From Alloascoidea hylecoeti (lineage: Eukaryota): a stretch of DNA of 64,000 bases. This document shows positions 1 through 10,382 of this stretch, piece after piece (within the stretch, counting starts at the first letter, position 1; every line of letters begins with the position of its first letter). The stretch spans positions 186,001 to 250,000 of the forward strand of contig BCKZ01000023.1 in assembly GCA_001600815.1 (NCBI GenBank), read 5' to 3'. The notes under the pieces were generated by a model. That model saw only the letters and a program-made list of their open reading frames with translations. It made no database searches and had not been told where the DNA came from. Both the position numbers and the translations under genes were made by a program.

Positions 1-6
1 CGTGAA

Positions 7-1659
7 TTATAACTTGGCCCTTTCACCATAGCCAATGATCTTATCAGTCTTATTTACATTTGATCTATCCCTTAAGAATCTTCTTAATATTTTTCCACTA
101 TTACTTTTTGGAATAGCATCAATTACTACTAAACCACCCCATAATCGTTTATGTCTTGCAACTTTTGCATCAAACCAAGTTTTCACATCTAAAGGATCAG
201 TGTTAGGTTTTAATACAACGTAAGCACGTGGAAGTTCAGTACCTTCTTCTGGGACATGAATACCAATAACTGCTGAATCTGCAACTCCTGGATGTGATAA
301 TAGGATTCCTTCCAATTCAGCTGGAGCAACTTGATGACCCTTTGATTTGATCAATTCTTTAGCTCTATCAACTATATAAAACAATCCTTTTCTAATAACG
401 GCAACATCACCTGTGATTAACCATCCTCCTGGCATTAGAGTCTCCTTTGTTGCTTTTTCATTTCGCCAATAACCTTTCATTATATTTGGACCTCTAATCC
501 AAAGAACACCTCTTTTGCCTTCTTGTGCATCTACTCCAGTATCTTCATCAATCAATCTAGCTTCACAAGAAGACGTCAAATCACCAATTGTACCTGGATT
601 ATCCGGATGTAAAATATAATTAGTCATATGTGCAATTGGAGATGTTTCAGTTAAACCATAACCTTGAATAATTACCAATTGTCTTCCAAGTCTATCTCTA
701 ACTTGATTTGCTAATAATTCAGATAATGGTGCGGCACCTGAACATAAATGAGTTACATTTTCAGCAATTGATTTTTTATATTTATCAACAATTGGATGTT
801 TTGCAAGTAATACAAAAATTGGTGGTACTATAATTGCAGTATTTGCTTTATAATTTTGAATTGCTTCTAAAAATTTCACGAGATCAAAGGATTCTAGAAT
901 AATAGTTAATGAACCAAGATAAATTGTAATATAAACATAAACAGTTAAACCAAAAATATGAGTCATTGGTAAAACAGCAACAGAGATAGTATCAGTATTA
1001 AAAGTTGATGAATTTGATACTGTTGCTTGTTGTGTATTACTTGTCATATTAACATGAGTTGTCATTACACCTTTTGGATTACCTGATGTACCAGAAGAAT
1101 AACAAAGATATGCTACTTTATCTAATGCTTCTTCTTTTGATAAAACCATTGGAGAAATTCTATCATTTGGTCCTAAAGTTTTAATATCTTCAAGAAGTTG
1201 TTCAATAATTATAATATTTTGATCTTTTACATTTTTCTTAATCTTTTGTGCTTCTAAAACTTTTGGTAATAAATTTTTTGAAGTAATATAATACTTTGAA
1301 GTTGAATTATCTGCTTGAAATGATAATTCTTCAGCAGTATACATAACATTTGCAGGACTAATTATACCACCAAGTGATAAAATACCATGATGAATTGCAG
1401 CTGTATATAAATGAGAAGTAGCTGTATATAATACAACATCTTCATTTAAAAGTTTATATTTATTCTTTAATACCCATGCGATTTTTTCAGTAGTTTCAAA
1501 TAATTGTCTTGGTGTTAAACCTTTACCGGTATTTGGATCAATAAATATAGTTTTATCCAATAATTTACCAGTTGCTCCGGTACGAACAAATTGAGCAGCA
1601 TTACCATAGTAAGTGTCAATATCTGGGAATGGAGATTTATATATTTTTTCAGTTGTCAT
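7..1659 (-). CDS. Peroxisomal AMP-binding acyl-CoA synthetase (4-coumarate-CoA ligase-like)
   Basis: 550-aa ORF with YSSGTSGNPKGV AMP-binding loop, QGYGLTE, TGD, ELIKSKGHQVAPAELE, PKSNSGKILRR and C-terminal AKL (PTS1). Confidence 0.92.
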   Translation of the reverse strand: MTTEKIYKSPFPDIDTYYGNAAQFVRTGATGKLLDKTIFIDPNTGKGLTPRQLFETTEKIAWVLKNKYKLLNEDVVLYTATSHLYTAAIHHGILSLGGIISPANVMYTAEELSFQADNSTSKYYITSKNLLPKVLEAQKIKKNVKDQNIIIIEQLLEDIKTLGPNDRISPMVLSKEEALDKVAYLCYSSGTSGNPKGVMTTHVNMTSNTQQATVSNSSTFNTDTISVAVLPMTHIFGLTVYVYITIYLGSLTIILESFDLVKFLEAIQNYKANTAIIVPPIFVLLAKHPIVDKYKKSIAENVTHLCSGAAPLSELLANQVRDRLGRQLVIIQGYGLTETSPIAHMTNYILHPDNPGTIGDLTSSCEARLIDEDTGVDAQEGKRGVLWIRGPNIMKGYWRNEKATKETLMPGGWLITGDVAVIRKGLFYIVDRAKELIKSKGHQVAPAELEGILLSHPGVADSAVIGIHVPEEGTELPRAYVVLKPNTDPLDVKTWFDAKVARHKRLWGGLVVIDAIPKSNSGKILRRFLRDRSNVNKTDKIIGYGERAKL

Positions 1660-2673
1660 ATTTTAAAATAAATAAATATTAATTTTCAATAAAAAAGTAA
1701 TTGTTTGAAATTGAAGTTGTATAATAAAAGGATATTTGCATCTAATTATATATCGCGGATTCTAATTAAAGTTATGTTTTTAAGGGTGATAAGAAAGTGG
1801 GGTAGTAATAAAATTAATTATCTTACGGTTACTTTTTGTTTTCATTTTCATCTGTTCTCGCTACTTATTGCACAATTAACAATTCACAAAAGCATAGTTA
1901 ATTAATTATTAAACCATACAATACAACCTCCATATCGGAGAGGTGGTTTGGCGGACAGGATTGTTATATTTTACTTCCAAAAAGATAGTGTTTTTTAATG
2001 TAATTGTAACTTTAAATCTACTATTATAACACATGGTCGATAGGTCCGTTCGACTCCGTAGTATATGAATACTCATTTATGTCCGGTAATTGGGTGAATA
2101 TGTTGGGAAAAATGGCCTTTGATCCGCTGCTAAATATCTTGAAGAGGTCTTGCAATTAATAAGTAATTGCAATTGACACATAAAAGCCAATTGTACCTTA
2201 ATAGCTGGCGTGTAACATTGTAAATCTTATGTTGTGTTAGGTCACGAGGCTATAATTATATTTAACTATAGATTATCACAAGCTTCATATCATATTACCC
2301 CTACAATTGATCGCTTCAATCGGTTTAATTTAAAACTTCCGTAATATAAAATGCATGTTGAGATACAAACTTTTCAAGGGTGAATTAACACTGGGCAATT
2401 ACACAACCTTAATATTTCTCTAGAACTTTAGATTTAGAAGACGAATACGTCATACTGAAAACAACAGTCTCGATATTGTTAATACCATCAAATGATTATA
2501 CGATCGTAACATAAACATAAAGAAAAAATCATCCAAAAAATTGATAGAATATAGTACTAGGCTACTAGCTATATCATGCGGTTCGGGGAGAACGATCCGG
2601 AGAATACAGAGATCTTTTACCCCACATAAAACAAGCATTTGAAGTCATATAACTAGAAATATCCCTTTTTAAA

Positions 2674-3606
2674 TTATTTTAATAACCAATCTCTCTTATT
2701 CCAAAATTCTTCATTGATAATATCTACATGTTCAACTTTAATTTGTGCTTTTCGCCTCTTTTTATCTCTTCTTTGCTTTTGTCTATTAGATAATTCAGAA
2801 TCATCATTCAAATTTTCATTTTTATTAGATTCTGAATAATCACGTATTATAACAGTTCCTTTTTTGAAAATATCTGGCTCATTGTTATAATTAATACCAA
2901 ATTCAGTAAATAAAATTTCATTTTTATCAGAAGATAAAGTACCAATTAATCTATTTTCAGCTTCTTTTGGAGTTAAATTACCTTTTAAAACCAATGTCCA
3001 AAATGTAGTATTATATAAATTATTAATATGACAATCAGCTTGTCTCCAAGATAAATAATCTTTTAAATTTTGAATTGTTGGATATAAAACAGCTCTTGCA
3101 TCAAATGTTGGTAATTTATTTATTTCTAATTTTTCATTTTCATTAATAAAAAATTCATTCCATAATTTAATATAATATGCTGTTATTGTACTTGAAAATG
3201 TTGATATTAATTTTGATTCTCTTCTATCAAATAAATTACAATTTTTATGTAAAATAAATGAAAATTCATCTGAATCTCCATATCCTATAATTATATCTGG
3301 AATATCTTGCATTAATAATTGTGCTGCTTTATTCATTAAATTTAATGCTCTTAAATCATTTGGTTTTTCAAACTTATAAGTATCTGAGAATCTAATGTTG
3401 GTATGTTAATATTTACATAAATAGAAGATATTTCATTTAATAAAACTTACTTATGGAAACCTCGTCCATCTATTCTCATAACTATCCAACAATTTGGTAA
3501 GAGGCTATCATCTCTTTCAAAACCCCTTACATATTCAAATCTATTAAATTGTAAGTTTTAAGAATTATAATTAACATAATCAATTGACATACCGACTGTT
3601 AGCCAT
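2674..3606 (-). CDS. THG1: tRNA(His) guanylyltransferase; exons 3593-3606, 3451-3540, 2674-3391
   Basis: Spliced product starts MANSRFEYV...[11 protein letters not shown]...KPND and contains [12 protein letters not shown] and [29 protein letters not shown] donors and TAG acceptors keep the frame. Confidence 0.95.
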
Positions 3607-4188
3607 CTTCGTATTGTTTCATATCAATTTTTTAAGAAAAAACTTAAATATTTGATGTTTGGGTGTTCCAACTTCCCAGGTACAGCGTTCTAGCTAGTGA
3701 TTATCGGTATAACAGAGTTTCGGCCCTATATGGGACAACTTCAGGTACCAACCGAAAATTAGTTATAGAAGTGTTAGTCACTATGGTCTAAATTAAGTGG
3801 AATAGTCCCAAAGACCTACTGGATGAAAAATTCGATAAATACTTGGCCATGGATTCCTTAGTTTTGCGATAAATTTAATAGAACGCTACATTTATAAAAA
3901 TTTCATGTGAATTAATGTATTGTAATGTATACGGGTATATAAATTGATTATATAACGAATACTTGATATCCATAAAAACAAGAGGAAGACATATGTTCAA
4001 ACTTTGATGATTAACACTACTGATTCATAATTAACGATTAACTTCTTGCACTATCATGGCCCCTAGATCTATGCGTCGACGACCAATAACTAAGTCCCTC
4101 GCCCTCAAAAGGCTACAATTAATAGCCGAGAGTGCTATGGTGAGATTGGAAGCTTTTAAAAAAAATCCTTTTCATTTTAGAAACACGA

Positions 4189-4900
4189 ATGAATAATATT
4201 GGGCGACCCCCTTCAATTCCGCACCCATTGATTTTACCTGGTTCATTCAATAATAAGGATTTTAAACACCTCTTTCGCTTTACCGAGCAACAGGCAATTG
4301 ATACATTTGAACAACTACGTCTACCAGCGGTATTGATTTCAGCTTCTAGAGAGCGTATTCTCACATTTGATGGATTTCTGCTACTCGCCCGGCTATCACA
4401 GTGTTTATAATATGCTATAATTAGGAGAGCTCTTGTCAGAAGTATCAATATCAAGATTCATAAATATGGTCATTAAAGTAGGTTTGGAATTATTGATAGA
4501 TCTTACCGAGGTTGATCTAACAAGTTTCTTAGTTACTTTTGAAAAAACATGGCGAGCAGCTAAGACTTAACGAGGCACAACTCTCCAATAACCTACTTGA
4601 TTTATTTTCTGAAGCTATGCGCCGGGCAGATAGTACAATCCTAATGTTGTTGGATATATCGGTGGAACTATTTATTTTAGCACACCGTCTTAGCATAGCA
4701 CAACATCCTATGGACAACCACTTATATATAGAGATCAAATTTCAAGGTGTTTGTAGTCCCGATGGAATCTTGTTACATTTAAAGAGATGCTTACTTGGAA
4801 GGAACACGGGATGCTTACTGGTCTACTGAAGGAAAAGTAAAGTGCTATTTGGTGACATGAGAGGTGATTCTGTAGTGTGCTACACGATTCTAACTGTAAC
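4189..4900 (+). mobile_element. Degenerate PIF/Harbinger-like (DDE_Tnp_4 type) transposase pseudogene
   Basis: Frameshifted fragments in the expected order: FKHLFRF, LLLARL, PNVVGYIGGT (4640-4669, cf. GFIDGT), IKFQGVCSPDGILLHL..GRN (cf. KFQGVVTPDG..HL.GP..GRRHD), VLFGD (~4841-4856). Contains stops and frameshifts. Confidence 0.7.
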
Positions 4901-5088
4901 TACCCAATTGCAGAAAACTTTCCAGTATAACCTTATCTTTGGGTTGAAACTGAATTTAGATTAATTCAAAACTATTTTCCAATATTGCAACACTATAATA
5001 CTCTAATATCTACTTATTTCATCATCATAGAAGAATATTAACGTAAACTGATCCATAAAATATAAATTTAAATAAAGTGATATCAATT

Positions 5089-8000
5089 TTACTTTTTAGA
5101 TTTTTTACCTTTTCCTTTCCCCTTTCCCTTCCCTTTTCCTTTATTATTATTATTGTTACTATTATTACTGCCACTTGGTAGAGAAATTTTCATTCTACTA
5201 ACACAAATTGGTAATAATAGATCAACATCTTTAAAAGTTTTTATAATATCATGTTCTTTTGTCCAATCTAATTCTAATTCATCAATTTTTCTTGATAAAA
5301 AATAATGAATAATTTCTTTAACAGTTTTACCTTTTTTATTTGTACCTGGTATAATTTTAACTTTATATTTATATTTTGATAATGATGACCATGGTGCAAA
5401 TACAGGTATTGCATCTAAAATAATATCATTTTTAGAAGGTGTTGAAACAAGATAATCTAAATCATCTCTTATATCATAATTATCTTCATTATCATCATCA
5501 TCATCATCATCATCTTGTGAATTTGATTTTGATTGTAAATTTAATTGTTGTTTTTCAAATTTTTTCCTTTCTGCTTCTTCATGTTGTTTTTTACGATGTT
5601 CTCTTTTTTCGATTTCTTTTTTTAATAATTCTTCTTTTTGTTTTTTCTCTAATTCACGTTGTTTTAAACCTTTTAATGTACCAAGTGCTTCCATTCTTAA
5701 ATTACGTTCTTCATCATCTTGATCAGAATATTTTTTAGCCATTTTACGAAGTTTTCCTTTTTTACCTCTAACTTGTTGTTTTGGTTTATTATTAGGTTTT
5801 GGTGATGATGATGATGATTTAATTGAAATGTCATTTGATGTCGTTTTTGTTAATTTTAGTTTAGAGTTGAGTTCTGAATCTAATGAAGTTGTATTATTAT
5901 CATCATCATCATCATTTTCGGATTCAGCCTCAGATTCGAACTCATCTTCACCTTTAGAGTTAGAATCAATTGGAGGTGTTACTTCTCTTTCTTTTTCTTG
6001 TTTATCCTCAACATTTGTATTTAAAGCAGTATTGATATGAATTCCTAAAGAACTTAAAACAGTTGATTCTTCTTCCTTTTCCAAAGCTGCATTATAGGAA
6101 TCAAGATCATATTTATTAACATCTTCAATCTCATTCCTATCCTCATTTAATTTATGATCTTTTTCAATTTTTTCTGCTTGTTCTTTTTCCTTTAATTTTC
6201 TAATTTCTCTATATTTTTTGGCAGTTTCTTCATCAACATACCAATCTAATGCAAATCCCATTTCTAATTTAACAGGTGGTAAAAAATTCTTTTTACCTTT
6301 TATTATAAATTCACCAGGTGGTAATAATTCATTATTTACAGTTTTAAATAATTGAGATCTTTTAACCCACCAAGCAGAAGTTATAATTTTATTATCCCAT
6401 GCTTTTGATGTTGAAATTGATAAAGTCGCAGCTTGAATTAAAGTCATTGGTGGTATTAATGGTTCATCAGTATCATTAAAATCATTTGAAATTTGATGAT
6501 GATTAATTATAAATGTATGTAATGAACCATCAATATCTGAATTTATATAAATATCATTTTTATTTGTAAAATATTTATTTATAATAATTTCAGTTTGAAT
6601 TTTATCCTTTGATGATAAAATTAAATAATTATCAGTTGATTTAAACCAATAAAATTTCTCAAATTTTAATGATGATCTAATATTTTTCAATAAATTAATT
6701 GGATCATTTTTAATTGAGTTTTTTAAATCTTTATTAACTTTTTTTGAAACATTTTTAATTGCTTTTTTTGAAATTTCAAATGTTTTTAATTGTTTTTCTT
6801 TTGCTTGTTTTTTTAAATCAAAATATAAATTTGCATTTGCATATGGTGATAATGATAATTTTATTGATACTGTGATTGTTTTTGGAATTTTTGGTTTTGA
6901 TTTTGAATTTGTTCTTGAATCGATATCAGATCCAGATTCAGATTGAGAATCAGAATCAGAATCAGCATCAGCATCAGCATCTGAGTCTGAGTCTGAGTCT
7001 GAGTCTAAGTCGGGGTCATCATCGATTGGTAAAGTAACATTAATCTGATCATGAGCCAAATCCAACGGTAATTTAATAACTTTAGCAACCGGATTCCCTC
7101 TTTCTTGTTCTAATTTAATTAAATGTTCAATATCAATCCAATCCATTCCTTGATTTAATGAACTCTTAACAGCACCAATTGCATTATTTATAATCTCAGG
7201 ATTATTTAAAATTGCGTTGCTTCTTTCAATATTCTTATCTTGAACAGATTGTAATATATTTAATTGTTTTTCTTTATCTAATTTTGCATTTAATATACGA
7301 TTTTCAGCTTGTTTTGTTTGTTGTAATAATTTTAATGATAATTTTGTTGATTCAATTGTTGAAAAATAAGTATCTATTGCTTTATTATAACCAATTACTG
7401 ATTCAACTTTTGAATTTGGGGGAAGTATTGAAGGGATTGGTTTAAATGGTAGAAAATCTTCATAAATATATTCAATATTATTATTATTAATATTTTCATT
7501 TTCAATCTTTTTTTCTGGTATAAAATTTGGATTTTTTTGAGATATAAGGTATCCAATAACAGGATTTGAATTCAAATTATGATTTAATAAAAGATCAGAA
7601 ACAATTTCAACTGATTTATTTAAAGCATTTGAAATTGAACTAGAAATTTCTAAAATTGATTCTTCTTTATGATTCTCATTATTACCTAATGTTGTAATTG
7701 GAACATTACCATTAATATCTGATTCAGACAAAGCTTTTTCAATTAAATGAGAACCTAAATGACTCGCACGAGAATATAATAATTTTTGTAATGATAATTC
7801 TTTCCGTTTTCTCTTTTTTGGAATAATTATATTTTGTTTTAATTGTTGTTCTTTATATTCTTCTTCTTTCTTTTTTGCATCAATTATCCAATTATAAATT
7901 TCATCATTATTAAAAAGTTTTGTATATTCATTAATTGATAAAGATGGTTCATTTAATTGTTCATGTAAATGATATAATTCACCAGTTATATAATTAACAT

Positions 8001-8436
8001 CTGAATTAACATTTCTATCATTTACATTTCTTTGTAATACTAAGATTTTTTTATTTTCATCTAATAATAAAATATTACCACCTGAATAAAATTCAAAAAC
8101 AAGATAAAATAAATTGTCACTAAATGAGAGAATTAAACATCTATCAGTATTTAATTGAAAAATATTAGATAATCTTCTAGTTTTTAAATGTTTACGAAGT
8201 TTAGAAACAAAATTTGATGGAGTTGGAGGAGATTCTCTTGTAAAATTTGTTAAATGAATTTTAAATCCTGAATCAACTAATAATAGTTGTTTTGAATCAG
8301 GAATTGAAAATTTTAAAAGAATAATTCTAGAAGATACAGAAAGATCATAAATGTTTTGTAGACGATGGTTTAATAATGATGATTTTAATTCTGATGTGAT
8401 GATCTGAAGATCAAGTGAACTATATCTTTGCTTCAT
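5089..8436 (-). CDS. RQC2: Ribosome quality control subunit Rqc2/Tae2 (NEMF)
   Basis: MKQRYSSLDL start, FVSKLRKHLKTRRL, EFYSGGNILL, FEKFYWF, VRGKKGKLRKMAKKYSDQDDEER, AIPVFAPWSSLSKYKYKVKIIPG. Confidence 0.95.
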   Translation of the reverse strand: MKQRYSSLDLQIITSELKSSLLNHRLQNIYDLSVSSRIILLKFSIPDSKQLLLVDSGFKIHLTNFTRESPPTPSNFVSKLRKHLKTRRLSNIFQLNTDRCLILSFSDNLFYLVFEFYSGGNILLLDENKKILVLQRNVNDRNVNSDVNYITGELYHLHEQLNEPSLSINEYTKLFNNDEIYNWIIDAKKKEEEYKEQQLKQNIIIPKKRKRKELSLQKLLYSRASHLGSHLIEKALSESDINGNVPITTLGNNENHKEESILEISSSISNALNKSVEIVSDLLLNHNLNSNPVIGYLISQKNPNFIPEKKIENENINNNNIEYIYEDFLPFKPIPSILPPNSKVESVIGYNKAIDTYFSTIESTKLSLKLLQQTKQAENRILNAKLDKEKQLNILQSVQDKNIERSNAILNNPEIINNAIGAVKSSLNQGMDWIDIEHLIKLEQERGNPVAKVIKLPLDLAHDQINVTLPIDDDPDLDSDSDSDSDADADADSDSDSQSESGSDIDSRTNSKSKPKIPKTITVSIKLSLSPYANANLYFDLKKQAKEKQLKTFEISKKAIKNVSKKVNKDLKNSIKNDPINLLKNIRSSLKFEKFYWFKSTDNYLILSSKDKIQTEIIINKYFTNKNDIYINSDIDGSLHTFIINHHQISNDFNDTDEPLIPPMTLIQAATLSISTSKAWDNKIITSAWWVKRSQLFKTVNNELLPPGEFIIKGKKNFLPPVKLEMGFALDWYVDEETAKKYREIRKLKEKEQAEKIEKDHKLNEDRNEIEDVNKYDLDSYNAALEKEEESTVLSSLGIHINTALNTNVEDKQEKEREVTPPIDSNSKGEDEFESEAESENDDDDDNNTTSLDSELNSKLKLTKTTSNDISIKSSSSSPKPNNKPKQQVRGKKGKLRKMAKKYSDQDDEERNLRMEALGTLKGLKQRELEKKQKEELLKKEIEKREHRKKQHEEAERKKFEKQQLNLQSKSNSQDDDDDDDDNEDNYDIRDDLDYLVSTPSKNDIILDAIPVFAPWSSLSKYKYKVKIIPGTNKKGKTVKEIIHYFLSRKIDELELDWTKEHDIIKTFKDVDLLLPICVSRMKISLPSGSNNSNNNNNKGKGKGKGKGKGKKSKK

Positions 8437-8609
8437 CTTTTCTTGTTTTTTGAATCTTTTGGAGTGAAATATCCTGTTATGTGATCCTTCGTGTTATGAG
8501 TAATAAATTATACTGTAAATAGGATAATTTTTCACTTTCAAAGTGTTGGTGGATGTTGGAAAAAGTTACCCTGTCCTCTTATTATTGCCTACTTCATATA
8601 AAAGATGGT

Positions 8610-8753
8610 GGCCATTTTCACTTAATTTCAGCCTTTCTGATTACTAACAATCGGCTCTACCCATATCTTTTATTGCCAGTATGATATGTAATTAATCATA
8701 GGTATGGCCGATTATTAGTAATGATAAAGGCCGAAATTAAACACAAATGACTG
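8610..8753. repeat. Imperfect inverted repeat (arms ~8610-8656 and ~8706-8753), MITE-like
   Basis: Left arm TTAATTTCAGCCTTTCTGATTACTAACAATCGGC matches the reverse complement of the right arm, TTAATTTCGGCCTTTATCATTACTAATAATCGGC; spacer ~50 nt. Confidence 0.75.
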
Positions 8754-10382
8754 TAAAAGGTTATTGGGAAAGAATTGGGGAGTACACTGTACATTGAAAC
8801 TCCCATTAATATTGAATACGAAAATACCCATATACTATCTATGTTTTATTTCTTGATATGATGGTGGCAGGGCAATTATTTCTGGTCCTTTCTTCAACAG
8901 GGCATACGGTATATCTATTTATTCTCGCTAGGAATTTGTCCTGATCTTGCCTTGGATATGGGTTATGTGTTATGTGTTTTTGGCAAATATCACACTGTGT
9001 CCACTTACTCGTTTGCAATTTAACTGAGATGTTTGATAATAATGATGATTTTCTTATGACCCTCATGACTTAATACGCACCTTTTTATAAAGTGGAATGA
9101 TAATGTTTAGATTGAGAATTAATTAACAGATTTATTTACAATAAATTGAGTTTATTATCTCTCTAAAACTATATCATTCAATTAATAAGTCTTGGGAGTA
9201 TTCCCTTCCTTACTTGTCTGTTTGACTCCCTGTGTATGCCTATATATAATCCAAAGAGAAACGGCCAGAAGGGAGGATATACCCCTCATCCATATCCTTT
9301 TTTTTTCATTGAATGTTTTCTATAAATACTTATTATAACTAAATCCCGTTTTCTCATTTCACCGCTACACAACCCTGAAAGCCATGAGCTGAACATATGG
9401 ATTAAATAGATTTCGGGTTAACCCACTCAACACTTCAATATTGTATCAATAGTCGACAATCCATATCAACAGTTAAACAATTGTTCCAACCTTCAACTGA
9501 GGCAGAAGAAAATCATCTAACTAACTTGCTACTTTACTTCACTGTGCAATGACGGCTGACAAATAACTGCTTTATTGTTTCGTAGATAATTGATTGATTG
9601 ACCGAAGTTATTCAGCACATTAGCAGTGTTAATATCTACCGCCAAAAAACCAATAAAAGACGTCACTACATGTAAGATCTTCACCGTATTGTCTGTTTAA
9701 TCATCATGATCATATCAGACTATATATTGTGTCTCGACTGTACCTAATACGTGTATAGTTTCTAAATATAAAATTAAAATTAAAAATAAATATATTATTG
9801 ATTTTAAAACTGTGGTTGAAAAGAAAATTGGATGCCGAGTTGAGGTCATAATAAGTTGAGGCCATATAATTAACTAACACTTGCTTAAGCAAACCTTTAA
9901 ATTATAATTAACCTTTTATAATCAATTGCAACATCAACACATTAAATTTTAAGCAGAGCATCGATCTGCTGATTAGCACAACAAAGTTATAATGGCCAAT
10001 TGCTAAAATGTTCAACTTGATATCCCTGGCTGTAGTTTCAGGATGAACAAGAATATTTGAGATCCTGAACTTATAAGTTGAGCTAGTTCAACTAAAAACA
10101 CCAAACACCTACCCACTAATGGCCAATTAAATAACCGAGTGAATAAACTTGACTGCCCAATTGAGCTCCAATTGACGACTTATGTATGATGATCACAATA
10201 AATCTTTACAATAACAACATTTTAAATAGGCTATAGATAGATAACCTTTCATCACGTGATCGTGTCAAAATATTAAAATGGGTTGCTCAGAGCAGAGCTT
10301 ATCCAGTTTCCTAGAGGAATATAAAATTGGTGATTTGTCTTCTTCTTTTCATTGTTTCTGACATTCTCACCTCAGATCAATT

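Noticed and set aside
2030..2070. B-box-like GTTCGACTCC suggesting a tRNA
   Set aside because: No A-box at the right spacing and no cloverleaf could be folded.
8839..9066. 75-aa ORF with WTQCDICQK (PHD/zinc-finger-like)
   Set aside because: Only one CxxC pair and no further ligands; cannot be assigned, may be decayed mobile DNA.
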